The notes beneath the pieces are model-generated. The model saw only the letters and a list, made by a program, of their open reading frames with translations, ran no database searches and was not told where the DNA came from. Source: Schmidtea polychroa (taxonomy: Eukaryota). Taken from it: a stretch of 64,000 nt of DNA. Shown here in pieces: positions 39,337-51,425 of the stretch. Each line of letters begins with the position of its first letter. The first letter of the stretch is position 1. The stretch covers positions 24,492,001 to 24,556,000 of the forward strand of contig CM097885.1 of the NCBI GenBank assembly GCA_044892525.1, in the 5' to 3' direction. The position numbers and the translations under genes are program-made.

Positions 39337-41554
39337 TCTAACAATAAGAAAAATAAAATTATAAATATTTTGTATATATTTTGTAAAGAAAGAAGTCAAA
39401 AGTTAACTTAATTATTATATATTTTTTACATTTAAGAATATTTAACTATCAATCAATCTATTACTTTTAAGTTTTTAACCAGTTGACTAAAGAATATTGT
39501 AATGCATGAGTTAATGTACATTACTTAGCATATGAAGTAGCACACAAAATATAATAATAAGTGTACCAGTATAAGATAATTGACAACTTTTCGTCCTACA
39601 CCTAATTCCGAAAGTTAAAAGTTTTATTATAGGAATTGAGAAAGTGACAGAAAAATAATTTTACATACAAACACAGCACACATAATATAAAATACACGCA
39701 AAATTAATATAGCTTTTTTATTCCGAAAGTTAAAAGTAATTAACATATTGTTAACATATAATTATTTTTAAAATTCATGGCGGAAAAAATTTGGATTTTC
39801 AATCGGACAACTCTACTTTGAACTTTTGATAAAGGACGACAAAACATCGTAAAATCTATTTAAAAAATATTTTTGAAATATTATTTCTTTAGATTTTTAG
39901 ATATTTCTCTGGAAACGCTAGCTTTTTGCGAAGGTCAAGAATTGACAATGTATGAATTTTTTCATTTAATTACAAATAATTAAAATATTTTAAAGTATAT
40001 CAGATATTTCTTGTCAAACGACTTTATGTGAAGATAGCATTTCTAATATTCAACAAGGTCCATCAACATTTGCAGAAAAAAATTTGAAAATCGTAAATTT
40101 TAATAACTTGTATAAAAGAATAATAATTTCATAGAATTACATAAAATGACAAAATTCGCCATATAAATGAGCTGGAGAAAGAAGATTACAAAAACTTAAA
40201 AAACTACTCCGCTTCTTATTATATGTCTTAAAAAAATAAATGTGTTTGATGATTTCTTTATTTATTTATAGTTAAAAATATTAATCTAACTTACATTTTA
40301 TCGAAATTATTCCAAATAAATTGATAGTCATAAAAATCCTAAAAAAACTTGAAAATTAATTAAAAATAATTTATTATCAAAATGTTGACTACAAGTAACA
40401 TTTAAGAGCTTGAATAGTGATCTCATAATTTTATAAAATCAAAATTCTTAAACTTAAATAAAAAAACTTTCTTGTAAAATTGAATAAATAAAATGAAGTA
40501 AATAACTTCACATTGTCATAAGTGGTGAGTCATCGACTGATGATCACACCAACATGTATTATAGAGACTTTTAACTTGTGGAATTAAGTGTAATAGCTCG
40601 CAAAATCAAAATCTACAGAGTTTTGTCTCTCATACATTAAAGTGCATGTTGCAATGGCTTGTAACCTATACAAGCTCTGGGAAATAGCTATAATGTTATT
40701 TATTGCATAGAAATCGCTTTACTGATTTTTCCGAGATTATTCTTTGTACACTTATTTTTTGTTTTTTAAATTTGAATTTTGTTTTTCAATTTTTGCTATT
40801 AAGTATTAAAAAGGCGAGGGCCGCCTGCTCTGCCTGTGCGTAACGCCGAGCATGGTAGACACATTTAGAATATTTGGCATGGAGCTTAAAGAAGTCAATA
40901 ATATTGATGCGGCATTGGTTACTAAGAGATTTACAGATCTGATCGGTTAGAGTTTGTGTTATCGATGCTCGAGTTGGACAGGAATTCGAAGTTGGGTACT
41001 TTAATATATTTAAGTATAATATATAAGTATGAATGTTATACTTCGTGAATTTTGTCGAATTTATTTTCTTATATTATTTTGCCAATCTTCTTTTGACGTT
41101 TGAAGGGGATAACGGATGGCCAGATAGATGTTATGGAATTAATTTATTTATATTATAGTTGGGATTCGTTTTTGAATGAAAGTTGGAATTAGAATTTGTA
41201 ATTCAGTTTTCTATTTTTTTATTGAGTTGTTTTTGTCGATATTTGAATTGTTACATTATATGTTTAGTTATAGTATATATTTTAATCGAAAATGAACATT
41301 GTATTGTTAGAATATACGTTTAGTTATAAATACATATTTACTTGAATTAAAAATGAATATAAATTGTTACAGTCATCTCAAGTTGAAATTTTATATGAAT
41401 CACTAAACTTACTTAGTGGCCCATTTGGCCGACGATTAAACTAAATCTAACAACCCAGCATAGGTGGGAATAAGGTGGGAGCTCACGAGGAGTTCCAACA
41501 GCTTACCCGACACCGGCTGAGCTGATTTATTCAGCAGTACATCATATTTTCAAA

Positions 41555-42047
41555 AGTAGTGGGCATAATGGGAATCGTTGGCAACACCACCCACCCAATT
41601 CACTCATTAAAAAAAACAAGTTTTTTTACTCGCTCACCCTTCGGGTGGTTGGGATGGTGTGACCAACGATTCCCATTATGCCCACTTACAAATCTGATAT
41701 TTTAATATTTTAATAATTTTAAAATAAAAATAATTTTAATAATTTTAAAATAAAAATAATTTCAATAATTCAAGGATTTAATAATTTCACATTTCTATAT
41801 TTTAATAATTTCACATTTCTATATTTTAATAATTTCACATGTCTATATTTTAATAATTTTATCATTTTAATATTTTTTAAATATTGATGGGTACTTGAGA
41901 AATAATATTTTAAACAATTATGGGTACTAGTGAATTTACTAGTACCCAAGATTCTCACTAGTACCCAAGGTTAGAGTTCGAATCAAGGTTTGAGATCAAA
42001 TCAAGGTTTGAGTTCGAATCAAGGTTTGAGTTCATACCCAAGATTAT
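41555..42047 (+). repeat. Left TIR of the Polinton
   Basis: Reverse complement of 52689-53094, with extra copies of 24-bp and 18-bp tandem units. Confidence 0.92.
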
Positions 42048-44026
42048 AAACTTGACAAATTTTTTATTATAAAAAATCCAGTAAAAAAAAATTGAAATAA
42101 AAAAATGCCTACTTCAAAAAACTTGGATACCCAAGATTCTCACTCAAACCAAGATTATTTTTGTGATTCATGTAATAGGAGTTTCAAAGCAAAAACAGCA
42201 TTAATGTCACATGAAAGATCAAAAGGTCATTTAAAGAAATTAAATTTATTAGATGATAGCAACTCTAAAATTTGTACCAAGTGTAAAGAAAGATATTTAT
42301 TTTCAGGGTTTGATAAGCATTTTAGAAATTGTATTGTAATAAAAAAAATAAGAGAATCATTTTCATGTCTCAAATGCATAAAGTCTTCAAAAGTAAATTT
42401 GAATTAAAGGAACATGCTAAAGAATGTGAAGATGATGATGATGATGATGAGGAGGTTGAAGGTTGGGATGAATTTAATCATGTTGATGAAGAAATTGGAG
42501 CATCTATAATTTCTTCATATATTAAAAAAAATTTAAGAGAAATAAAAGAATCAATGGAAAGATCTATAGCAAGGTTCAAAGGTACAAGGTTTAATATTAT
42601 AAAATATAAAATAGGAATAAACGCAAAATATTGTCGACAAACTAATCAAGCTTCTCACTCAAACCCAAATTTTCTAAAGTTTATGATTCAAATTGATTAT
42701 AAATATTTATATTCAATGAAGGGATTTAAAAAAAACAATCAAAGAAATTATTCCAGCGTTGCAAGAACAATCTGAACATGAATTAGGAGAATCAGATTTA
42801 TGTTTCCATTCCTTTGAAAATATTCAAATAGACTATTGGAAAGGAAACCCCCAGTTCCCAAATCCTTTATTCCAACACCTTTTATTTTTAAACATGTAAT
42901 AAATGTCAAAAATGGTGATAACAAATGTTTCCTATGGACAATACTATCAGCTTTACATCCTCAAGAACAACATTCTTATCGAGTATCTAAATATCGACAA
43001 TATGAACATGAAATTTTATTCTGGGATGGTTTTGAGCACCCAATGAAAATTGAACACATGTCAAAATTTGAAATATTGAATCAACTTAGAATTAATATTT
43101 ATGAATTAGATGGTGACAGGGTTATACCAATTTATATTTCAGATCAAGATGAAAATTCTTCAACTGTAACTTTTAATACAATAAGTTTATTAATATTAGA
43201 AAATATTGATGGTGATGATTTACTTTCTCATTATGTTTGGATAAAAAATTTTCAAAGCTTTATGAGATCTCGATCATCATTCTGTCATCGAGTACGAGGA
43301 CACACTTGTGAAAGATGTCTTTATTATTCAACTTCTGATGCTGTCAGAATAAAATATGAAAGATTATGTCGATATAATGAACCGGCATTAATTAAAATGC
43401 CAGAGAATCTTGAAATGAAATTTAATAATTATTCGATTTTATTAGAATCTCTTGATACAATTTATGGGGATTTTGAAACAATTAATAAACCACAAAATTT
43501 AGAACAAGAATATCTAAATATCATAGAAAACAATAAATTATTAGATTCTTGGTATGAGTATAGATTGAATCAACTGAATCAATTGAATCAATCGAACCAA
43601 ATGAATCAATTGGAAAAAATGAAAGATTTTCTCGAACTAAACAAAAAATCTTTTACAATAAAATTAACTAAACAAGTTCCATCAGCATATCGTTTATTCA
43701 TTGTGAAAGTAATTAAATTGAAGTATTTAATTTCCAGATTTAAATAGATTTAAATAATATAATTAAAGTAAATAATAAAATTATAAATTAAAATAATAAA
43801 TTAAATATATTTAAGGATGATTGAAGATTAAAATATAAAATATTTATTGAATGCTTGTGTACGAATATTCCCTATTCAAATATTAACTCATGCTTGCGAA
43901 AATATCCTCTAAGCTAAAAACAGTGATTGTTTTAATAATAGAGATTTTTGTGTTGTTTTTAAAAATAAAGTTTTGTTTTGTTTTTAAAATATGGATGTGA
44001 TTAATTTAAGAAACCAAACTTCTAAT

Positions 44027-45043
44027 ATGGCGACCACGATGGCCAATTTCATCAAAGCACCAGAAAATTTCAAGATGGGAACCGATGTTGAAGATTTCAT
44101 CAAGGAAACCGAAAGATTTTTCGAATTAATGTCGATAGCTGAGGACTTCAAAGGTAGATTTGTCAAAGCTTTTTTATCAACAGATGCAATTAAGAAATAT
44201 GATTCAACTGATGAGAAACAAAGTTATATGGATAGACTGAGAGAAGTCTTCAAAAAACCAATGGATCTGATGGAAGACTTAAGTGAAGCACTAGATTATA
44301 GACAAGGAGATGATTCCGCTGATGATTTCTGCGAAAAAATTGAGAAATTATCAAAAGGAATTCTGAAACATGAGTTAAATGAAGAAGAACTTCAAAGATT
44401 TCTCATATTCAATGCAGTGGAAGACCAAGATTTGATAAAAGATTTGAGATTAAATGAATATAAATCTGTGAATGAAATGAAAAAGAGAATTAAAAAACAC
44501 GAGAAAGTAATTAAAGAATTAAATCGAAATAGTGACTCGATGGCAGTTGTGGGAACTGAAACGAGATATGCGGATATGGTAAAAAAAGCTATAAATATTC
44601 CAGCAAGACCAATATTACGCAGATATAACGATATGCCTAGAAGAAATACGTTCAGCGAGCCAAGACAGAATCGAGAATATCAGAACAAACAATCGAATTT
44701 TAATAATCAAGAATTCCAAACAAACAATAGGCCAAAGTTCAGATGCTGGGCATGTCATGAAGAAGGCCATAGAAGAGCAGAATGTCCGAATGTTAAATGT
44801 TATCATTGTCACAGAGCAGGTCATTTCAAACACCAGTCCTTTCAATTAAGAAAGAATTTTAGAGATGTAAGAGAAAATGAAGAAGAAAACATACGGGGAA
44901 AATTCCAAGGAAATCGCAGAAATTTCAGAAACCGACAATATCAGAAACCAGTTGCGGCAATGGAAGAAGAAGAAGAGCATGAAAATCAATACCCAAATGG
45001 ATATGCTCCACCACGAGAGGAGGTGATCGGAGCACTGCAGTAA
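44027..45043 (+). CDS. Gypsy Gag
   Basis: Open frame with CWACHEEGHRRAEC and a second, degenerate CCHC knuckle. Confidence 0.85.
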   Translation: MATTMANFIKAPENFKMGTDVEDFIKETERFFELMSIAEDFKGRFVKAFLSTDAIKKYDSTDEKQSYMDRLREVFKKPMDLMEDLSEALDYRQGDDSADDFCEKIEKLSKGILKHELNEEELQRFLIFNAVEDQDLIKDLRLNEYKSVNEMKKRIKKHEKVIKELNRNSDSMAVVGTETRYADMVKKAINIPARPILRRYNDMPRRNTFSEPRQNREYQNKQSNFNNQEFQTNNRPKFRCWACHEEGHRRAECPNVKCYHCHRAGHFKHQSFQLRKNFRDVRENEEENIRGKFQGNRRNFRNRQYQKPVAAMEEEEEHENQYPNGYAPPREEVIGALQ

Positions 45044-45785
45044 GTATGAGTTATATGTTGAATGGGGAATTGTATGATGATTGTTTGCATGCATTTAATA
45101 ATGAGAAATATGAATATATAAGTAATGATGATAATTGTAAATGCGTCTCCGATGCAGATATTTATAGTGATTGGTGTAATAATGGATTGAGGTTAGATGA
45201 TTTTGGAAATGTTGTAGAGCATGTTTGTAATATTAATGATATAAGTTATAATAGTAATATAATTAAATATAATAAATTAAATGGTAGACCAAGTGTCACA
45301 TTATTGATCAATGAGAACGAAGTATGCTGTTTATTAGATACAGGAGCAAAGATCAGTGTGATGGATGAAAGTGTATTAGAAAATATAGGAAAGTTTAATT
45401 TAGAAAAATGTTATGTTAAATTGAGATGTGCAAATAAGTCACCGATATCTATAGTAGGAAAGGTAAATATTACAGTTCAAATAGTGAGAACGAAAGAGGC
45501 GAGAATAATTGAATTTATTGTGGCCAAAGAGATTTCACCAAAGGTAATTGGAGGTATAGACTTCTTGAGAAAATTCGACATAATGTTAAAGATGAAGGAT
45601 AGTTTATTAAATGATGATGTAACTATTGCTGGAATAAAAAACTTAAAAGAATTGAGTGAATCTAATCAATGTAAAGATGGTAATGTTAGAGAGCTATTCA
45701 GAAAATTTGAGTCAATTTTTATGAAACACAAATGGGATGTGGGTAAGACAAATTTAATAACGCATGAAATTTTAACACCAGGAAG
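44992..45785 (+). pseudogene. Gypsy Pol N-terminus (aspartic protease), truncated before RT
   Basis: CLLDTGAKISV and IGGIDFL motifs in the -1 frame relative to gag; runs directly into the 3' LTR remnant. Confidence 0.85.
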
Positions 45786-46139
45786 ATTTATTGAATGCTT
45801 GTGTACAAATATACCTTATTCAAATATTAACTCATGCTTGCGAAAATATCCTCTAAGCTAAAAACAGTGATTGTTTTAATAATAGAGATTTTTGTGTTGT
45901 TTTTAAAATATGGATGTGATTAATTTAAGAAACCAAACTTCTAATATTCATCAAAAGTAATTATCCAGAAATAATTGAATCATATGAAACAGCATATCGA
46001 GGAACTTCTCCACGGGATACTCTAGATCATTTTGTTACAAGTATAAATTCCTTGGAATCATTCTTGCATAAAAAATTAAAAACTGATTTTCCAATAAATA
46101 TTTCACCAGAACAATTAATAGAATATATTTTTAATATTA

Positions 46140-46778
46140 CATATATTTTTTCTACACAAGGGTAAATAATTTGGAGGATTCATTCTTTCGATTATTTTGT
46201 ATCCCACTCTAACAGTATTTGATGGAAAAGAATATAAAATGTTTGTTTGTTTTCCATTATTGTATGATCCCGTTATACAATTACACTCTATATTTATTGA
46301 ATTTGTATTTGTTATTTTTATAATATTTTGGATTTTATAATTGCAATATTTGGAATACCACTATATTCTTTGGATTCAAAACTCAAAATAGTATGAAAGA
46401 AACTAGAATTATCAAATCTAAGTGTAATATTTTTTATTGTCAAGATACATTTTGATGTTTGTACATCTGCTTTTATTTCTACATTTCCACTTGTTTCTTT
46501 TAAAATTATTTTATTTAAATCTATTATTTCATATAACCCTGGTTCAATTGTTTTAATTTTTTTTGTCCTATATCATTAGTTGTAGAAAAATTATTATTAT
46601 TAATATTTATATTGAAAACAGTGTTGTAACAACTAAACCATAATAATCCTAATTCATGATTTAAATTTATGGAGTCTTCAAAATTTATTGTAAAATCAGA
46701 TTCGGTAGAATTAATTAATAGGGTTCTTGAATATTTATCAGACATTATATTTTCCATTTTTTTAAAACTTTCTTCCAT
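46140..46778 (-). pseudogene. Polinton minor capsid (penton) protein, frameshifted and C-truncated
   Basis: SDFTINFEDSINL...ELGL...YNTVFNI, then IEPGLYEI and INIECNCITGSYNNGKQTNILYSFP...GYKIIE...YLP, typical of Polinton penton. Confidence 0.72.
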
Positions 46779-46824
46779 TTTTATAGATTTTAACATCAAA
46801 ACAGAATTTTAATATCAAAACAAA

Positions 46825-47355
46825 TCAAAATAATATTTTTAAATCATTATACATTTCTTGGATTATATTTATAAAATTCTGTTTGATATTTTCTTTTTCT
46901 TGTTTGTCGAGATTATTTAATTTGTACAAAACATATAAACACAAAATTCCACATATTTTAGTATTATCGGGTTGTACTTGTCGAGTATTATAAATATATT
47001 CTCCTCGATCAGAATCTTGATTCTGATTGAAGAGTTCTTGTTTTGTTGGTGTTGTATCAACATGAAGAAAACCTTGTCCCAAATATTGCTCAACTTCTTT
47101 TGTTGGTTTAATTCCATAAGAATCGAAATAAAGAACTCTATTATAAACCCCATCCCAATGAGATCCTTTTTTATCCGAGTTTTGATAATTGATAATTATA
47201 TTATTTTTCTTGGTTTTACCGATCTTGTGCAATTCATCATTCATTAATATTTTAATTGGTAAATTTAAATAATTTGCATAGTCTTTTAAATCAAAATTTG
47301 TTTTTGTATCAATTCCAAATGTTTTTAAAAAATCCAATATTGAATATTCGGTCAT
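46825..47355 (-). CDS. Adenain-like cysteine maturation protease
   Basis: GSHW, YFDSYG and Q...CG.LCLY catalytic motifs. Confidence 0.9.
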   Translation of the reverse strand: MTEYSILDFLKTFGIDTKTNFDLKDYANYLNLPIKILMNDELHKIGKTKKNNIIINYQNSDKKGSHWDGVYNRVLYFDSYGIKPTKEVEQYLGQGFLHVDTTPTKQELFNQNQDSDRGEYIYNTRQVQPDNTKICGILCLYVLYKLNNLDKQEKENIKQNFINIIQEMYNDLKILF

Positions 47356-47399
47356 TTTGTTTTTAAAATTTTGGAAAAATTTTAAAAACTTAAAGTGTA

Positions 47400-48312
47400 T
47401 ATCTATTAACGAGTATATTCATTAAATTTATCTTGTGAAATTATTCCATGTTTTAATAATTTTTAGACATGTTTAAAATATCACCATTCAAATTATTATG
47501 ACCTGCTTTCTTTGCTGCTAATATTTTTCTTAGTTGAATAAAAAGATTAATAAAATCTTTTCCATTAATAGAATCCTGTTTTGTTACAAAACCCATTCCT
47601 TTTTCTTCTTTAACAGTATAACCCATTTCATTTTGATTTAAATAATGATTTAAACTCAGTATATATTTTGCTTTTGAACTATCTCCTACTAATTTTATTA
47701 AATGTAAATATTTTTTAATTTCATTTTTATCATCTGAAGAATATCCTTTAATTAATTTATCCAAATCTTTTGTGTATTCTACATTTAAACGTTGACTGTT
47801 GAAACTCTTTTCCCCTGTAAAATTGTTTAGAGTGAGAAAGCTATTTTCAGAATGAATATGTGGTTGGCCATTATTATTTTTATACAACACAAATCTTTGA
47901 TTATTAATTGTTATAATTTGATATCCTTTATCAATAGAAAAAGTTGGTTTAATTGTTGCAGGCAAACCATTATTAATTGTTGTATCAACTTTGTATTGTT
48001 TTGAATTTATTTCTAAATCTTCAAGTTCAAATCCCAAGATTCCAATTGCTCCAATTGGTCCAATTGTTCTAAATGTCCAGATTCTAATTCTTTGGGTTTT
48101 AAATGTCCAGATTCTAATTCCTTGGGTTTTAATTCATTCAAAGCTTTAAGAGTTGGTTGTTGTTGTTCCATCATTAATTCATTTAAAATTATGGATTCAG
48201 TATGCTGACTTAAATCTTTTTTGTTATACTTGTCTTGTTCAAAATGTAATTTTTTTAAAAGAGCTAATCTTTCTTCATTAACCATCTTATATACCATTTT
48301 ATGGTATACCAT
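47400..48312 (-). pseudogene. Polinton conserved protein of unknown function (frameshifted)
   Basis: Two overlapping ORFs (48312-48013, 48037-47453); C-terminal LRKILAAKKAGHNN resembles a motif recurrent in Polinton accessory proteins. Confidence 0.5.
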
Positions 48313-48369
48313 TTTTTATACCATTTTATGGTACATGTTCCTTTATTAGTAAAGTTCTTTCCAAGTTTT

Positions 48370-48904
48370 CAACGTGGAGATTTCTCCTCATTAGAAAAAG
48401 GTTTCAAATATAAACCCTTACCATCTTTTGATTTACAAATACAACCATTTTTCAAAGACTTACATATTTTTTTAAACTATCTTTATCTTTTGAAGATAAT
48501 TCAGACGTTGAAATTTGATTTTTGAGAAAATCATTTAAACCTCTACCTTTGTAAGGATCAAGGTATAATCAAGGTATAATATCAACACTTGTAGGACCTG
48601 TTCCTTTCTTTTTTTGAATTGAATCAATTTCATTTTGTAATTTTTGTTTTTCTAATTCAGTTTTTTGAGCTTCTTTAGATTTTTGAACTGTAGTTGCAAT
48701 CCCTTCAGCTATTCCAGCAGCACCAGATAAACCTGCAATGATTGCTGGTATTAAAGCAGCCAAGGGTAAAATACCACCTTGTTTAATTTTCTCGCGCACT
48801 TGCTCCTTGACAAGTTTTCCAACAAAATATTTCTTGCCATCAATTACTACTGATTTATTTTTGTTTGAGTTGATTAATTCTTTCAGAGATTCTTAAGTCG
48901 TCAT
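48370..48904 (-). pseudogene. Putative Polinton virion core protein with an adenovirus pX-like segment
   Basis: IKQGGILPLAALIPAIIAGL, followed after a frameshift by LYLDPYKGRG and GKGLYLKPF. Confidence 0.6.
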
Positions 48905-48919
48905 TTTTAAATAAATAAA

Positions 48920-49682
48920 ATGGTTAGTTGGAAACCAATTTTAACGCGACACAAAAGTAAATTTAATAATAAAATTTTTCCTGATAATTTTAGATTATTA
49001 ATTGTTAGATCTTCGGGTTGTGGAAAGAATGTTCTTCTTTTGAAAATGTTTTTCGAGGATGGGTTTTTAGATTATAATAATTTATAATTTTATTCTACAA
49101 CTATAAACCAACCAGAATTACAACTTTTGAAATGTGGATTTGAAAATAAATTAACTAAAAAAGAAATCATTGATATTTTTAAAAATCAACACACATGTCC
49201 CGATGAAGTTTTTCAACCGTGTGATATGGTTGATTGGTACAAGGAAGAGAATTCCGAGTCAGATATTATTTTCCAACAAATCTGAAGATGTAGTACATTG
49301 TGATTTTCTTTCCAAAGATAAAAAGAATCTAGTTATATTTGATGATGTTGTAAATATGAAAAATCAAGAAATTCAAAAATGTTATTTTACTCGAGGACGT
49401 CATAATAATTGTAATGTGATTTACATCTCTCAAACTTATTATGCTTTGGATAAAAATTCAATTAGAAACAACTCCAATTGTTTCATCTTTTTTAAATTAG
49501 ACAAGCGTGACAGGAATATGATTTATGGTGATTTATTTTCAAATGTTGAACCCGACAAGAACATGTTTGATATGTTTGTTGACAATCATTGGAAAAAAAA
49601 TATAATTATATTTATTTGGATAGAAAAGGGGATGAGATGCAGAGAAGCTTGTTTCAGACTTGAAACTTTGTTTCAGGTGTGA
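48920..49682 (+). pseudogene. A32/FtsK-type packaging ATPase (frameshifted)
   Basis: Degenerate Walker A RSSGCGKN, Walker B LVIFDD, RGRHNNCNVIYISQ. Confidence 0.9.
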
Positions 49683-49722
49683 AACCTTGTTTTAAAGCTT
49701 TAAACAAAATTTAGGAAAAATA

Positions 49723-50590
49723 TTAAAAACTTGATTTCTGTAATTCATTATTGTAAAATCTACCCAATATTTCTTCATTATTTAAATCGATGATACTATA
49801 TGTAATTGGAATTGTATGATGTATTTTATTTATAATAAAAATTTCATTTGTCCATTTCGTAGTGAATCCTTTTTCAAATTTATTTTTATATTTAAATATT
49901 CTTACTCGTTCACCAATTTTAAACTTTGGTTTTATAAGTGTTGTATAAACACTCATAAAACATTTTTCTACACCATTTTCAATATTTATTTCTTTAACTC
50001 TTTCAGGGTTTATAGAAGCTTTTCCTCCAAACTTGTTTGGAGGGAAAGAAGCATTTAAATGTGTTTCTTTTATAGAACTATGTACATCATTATTATATTC
50101 ATTTACCATCTTTTGTAACATTTCATTGTTCCATTTTTGTTTTCCAATAGCAGTAAAATATTTCCACATTTTATTTTTTAATGTTCTATTTAATCTTTCA
50201 ACTACGACTGCTTTTCCTTCATTTTCTGTTGAATATAATTTAATATCATTTTCTTGCAAATATTTTGTAAAAACTTTGTTATAAAATTCTGTTCCTTTAT
50301 CACACCATAAATATTTTGGAATTCTTTGATGTTCTTCAAATATATTTTCAAATGCTTCTGTAATAGAATATCCTGTTTTATTTTCTAAACATCTTGCAAA
50401 AGCAAATCTTGTATATAAATCTATTACAGTTTAAATTATTTTATATTTTTCGGGGTCTGATGATTTGGTTGGCATAAAGACTAAGTCAGCAGACCAAGTA
50501 TGATCTTTTTCATAAACTTGAACTTTTAGATATTTTTTATTTTTTCTAAATTCATTGTGTAATTCGTTGGCATATTTTATTTGTGATTCT
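49723..50590 (-). pseudogene. Polinton retroviral-type integrase (one frameshift near 50431)
   Basis: WSADLVFM, TVIDLYTRFAF, LWCDKGTEFYN, VVERLNRTLK (D,D,E triad), KFEKGFTTKWTNEIF. Confidence 0.92.
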
Positions 50591-50749
50591 GTTGGGATTA
50601 ATAAATTAGTCTTGGACGCACTCTCTCGATCTAAACTTGGTTTAGAAAGAGAGAGGTGTTTTTCAATGTCTGCTTGTTCAATAATCTTTTTATTAGCAAC
50701 ATCTTTTGCCATCCTTGGTACTCCTGCACCTATGAGAATCATAGGTGTA

Positions 50750-51321
50750 GGAGGTAGACCTGCACCTATGAAAATTTTACCCTTCATTGCTAATTTAACT
50801 AGAGCTCTTTGAATCTTTTCTTGGGTTGATGGATTTTGTATACTATTTAAATCATGAATTAAATTAACATCAGCAACATGTCTATCTCTAAGATTTTTTG
50901 AATTGTAAGCAATGTCATGTTTCAAAGCAGCTTGGTCAATTCTATTTATTGGTTCCTCTCCTTGTTTGGGATTATTATTTTCATCAAGTCTAATATCTAA
51001 TCGTGTTCCAGGTCCAGTATAGTTGTGTTTAAATTGATGTTAATTTTGAAGATTGTAAATCACTACCCTGTTTTTCAAAAGCAAATCTACTTGAAGGATC
51101 GAAATCTAACCATGGAGTATTATTTGAAGATGAAATTATTTCACCTTCAAAATTATTTGATGGAATATTATTATTATTACTTGATTGAGTTAAAACCTCT
51201 CTCTCTCTCAAGCAAGTTTAAATCAAGATGTGTGTTTTCTAGTTTTAAGATGACTCGCTTTATGGTGTGTTGTAACATCACAACAACAAGTTTCACATCT
51301 CCAATAACGTTTAGTAGTCAT
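50750..51321 (-). pseudogene. Zinc finger plus parvovirus-type phospholipase A2 domain
   Basis: MTTKRYWRCETC...HLKTRKH from 51321; HNYTGPGT Ca-binding loop and DQAALKHDIAY catalytic helix at about 51030-50905. Confidence 0.82.
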
Positions 51322-51425
51322 TTTTAAAAAGTTAAAATTTAATTATAATAATTTTCTTTTATTACTAAAACTTGTTTTCTTAATAAAACTTGTTTATTTC
51401 TCCAAACAAGTTTGGAGAATTAAAC

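Larger units (their letters stand above)
43702..45946 (+). mobile_element. Internally deleted Gypsy element inserted in Polinton polB
   Basis: 5' LTR 43702-44027, PBS TGGCGACCACGA (tRNA-Arg-like) from 44028, gag, protease, partial 3' LTR about 45786-45946; 5-bp TSD TTCAT. Confidence 0.9.
42105..46135 (+). pseudogene. Protein-primed DNA polymerase B, N-terminal part with zinc fingers; split by a Gypsy insertion, polymerase domain absent
   Basis: C2H2 finger CDSC...H...H, INVKNGDNKCFLWTILSALHP, HYVWIKNF, Exo I YGDFET; the frame resumes YRLFI|KSNYPE after the insertion at 43702-45951 and ends abruptly near 46135. Confidence 0.85.
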
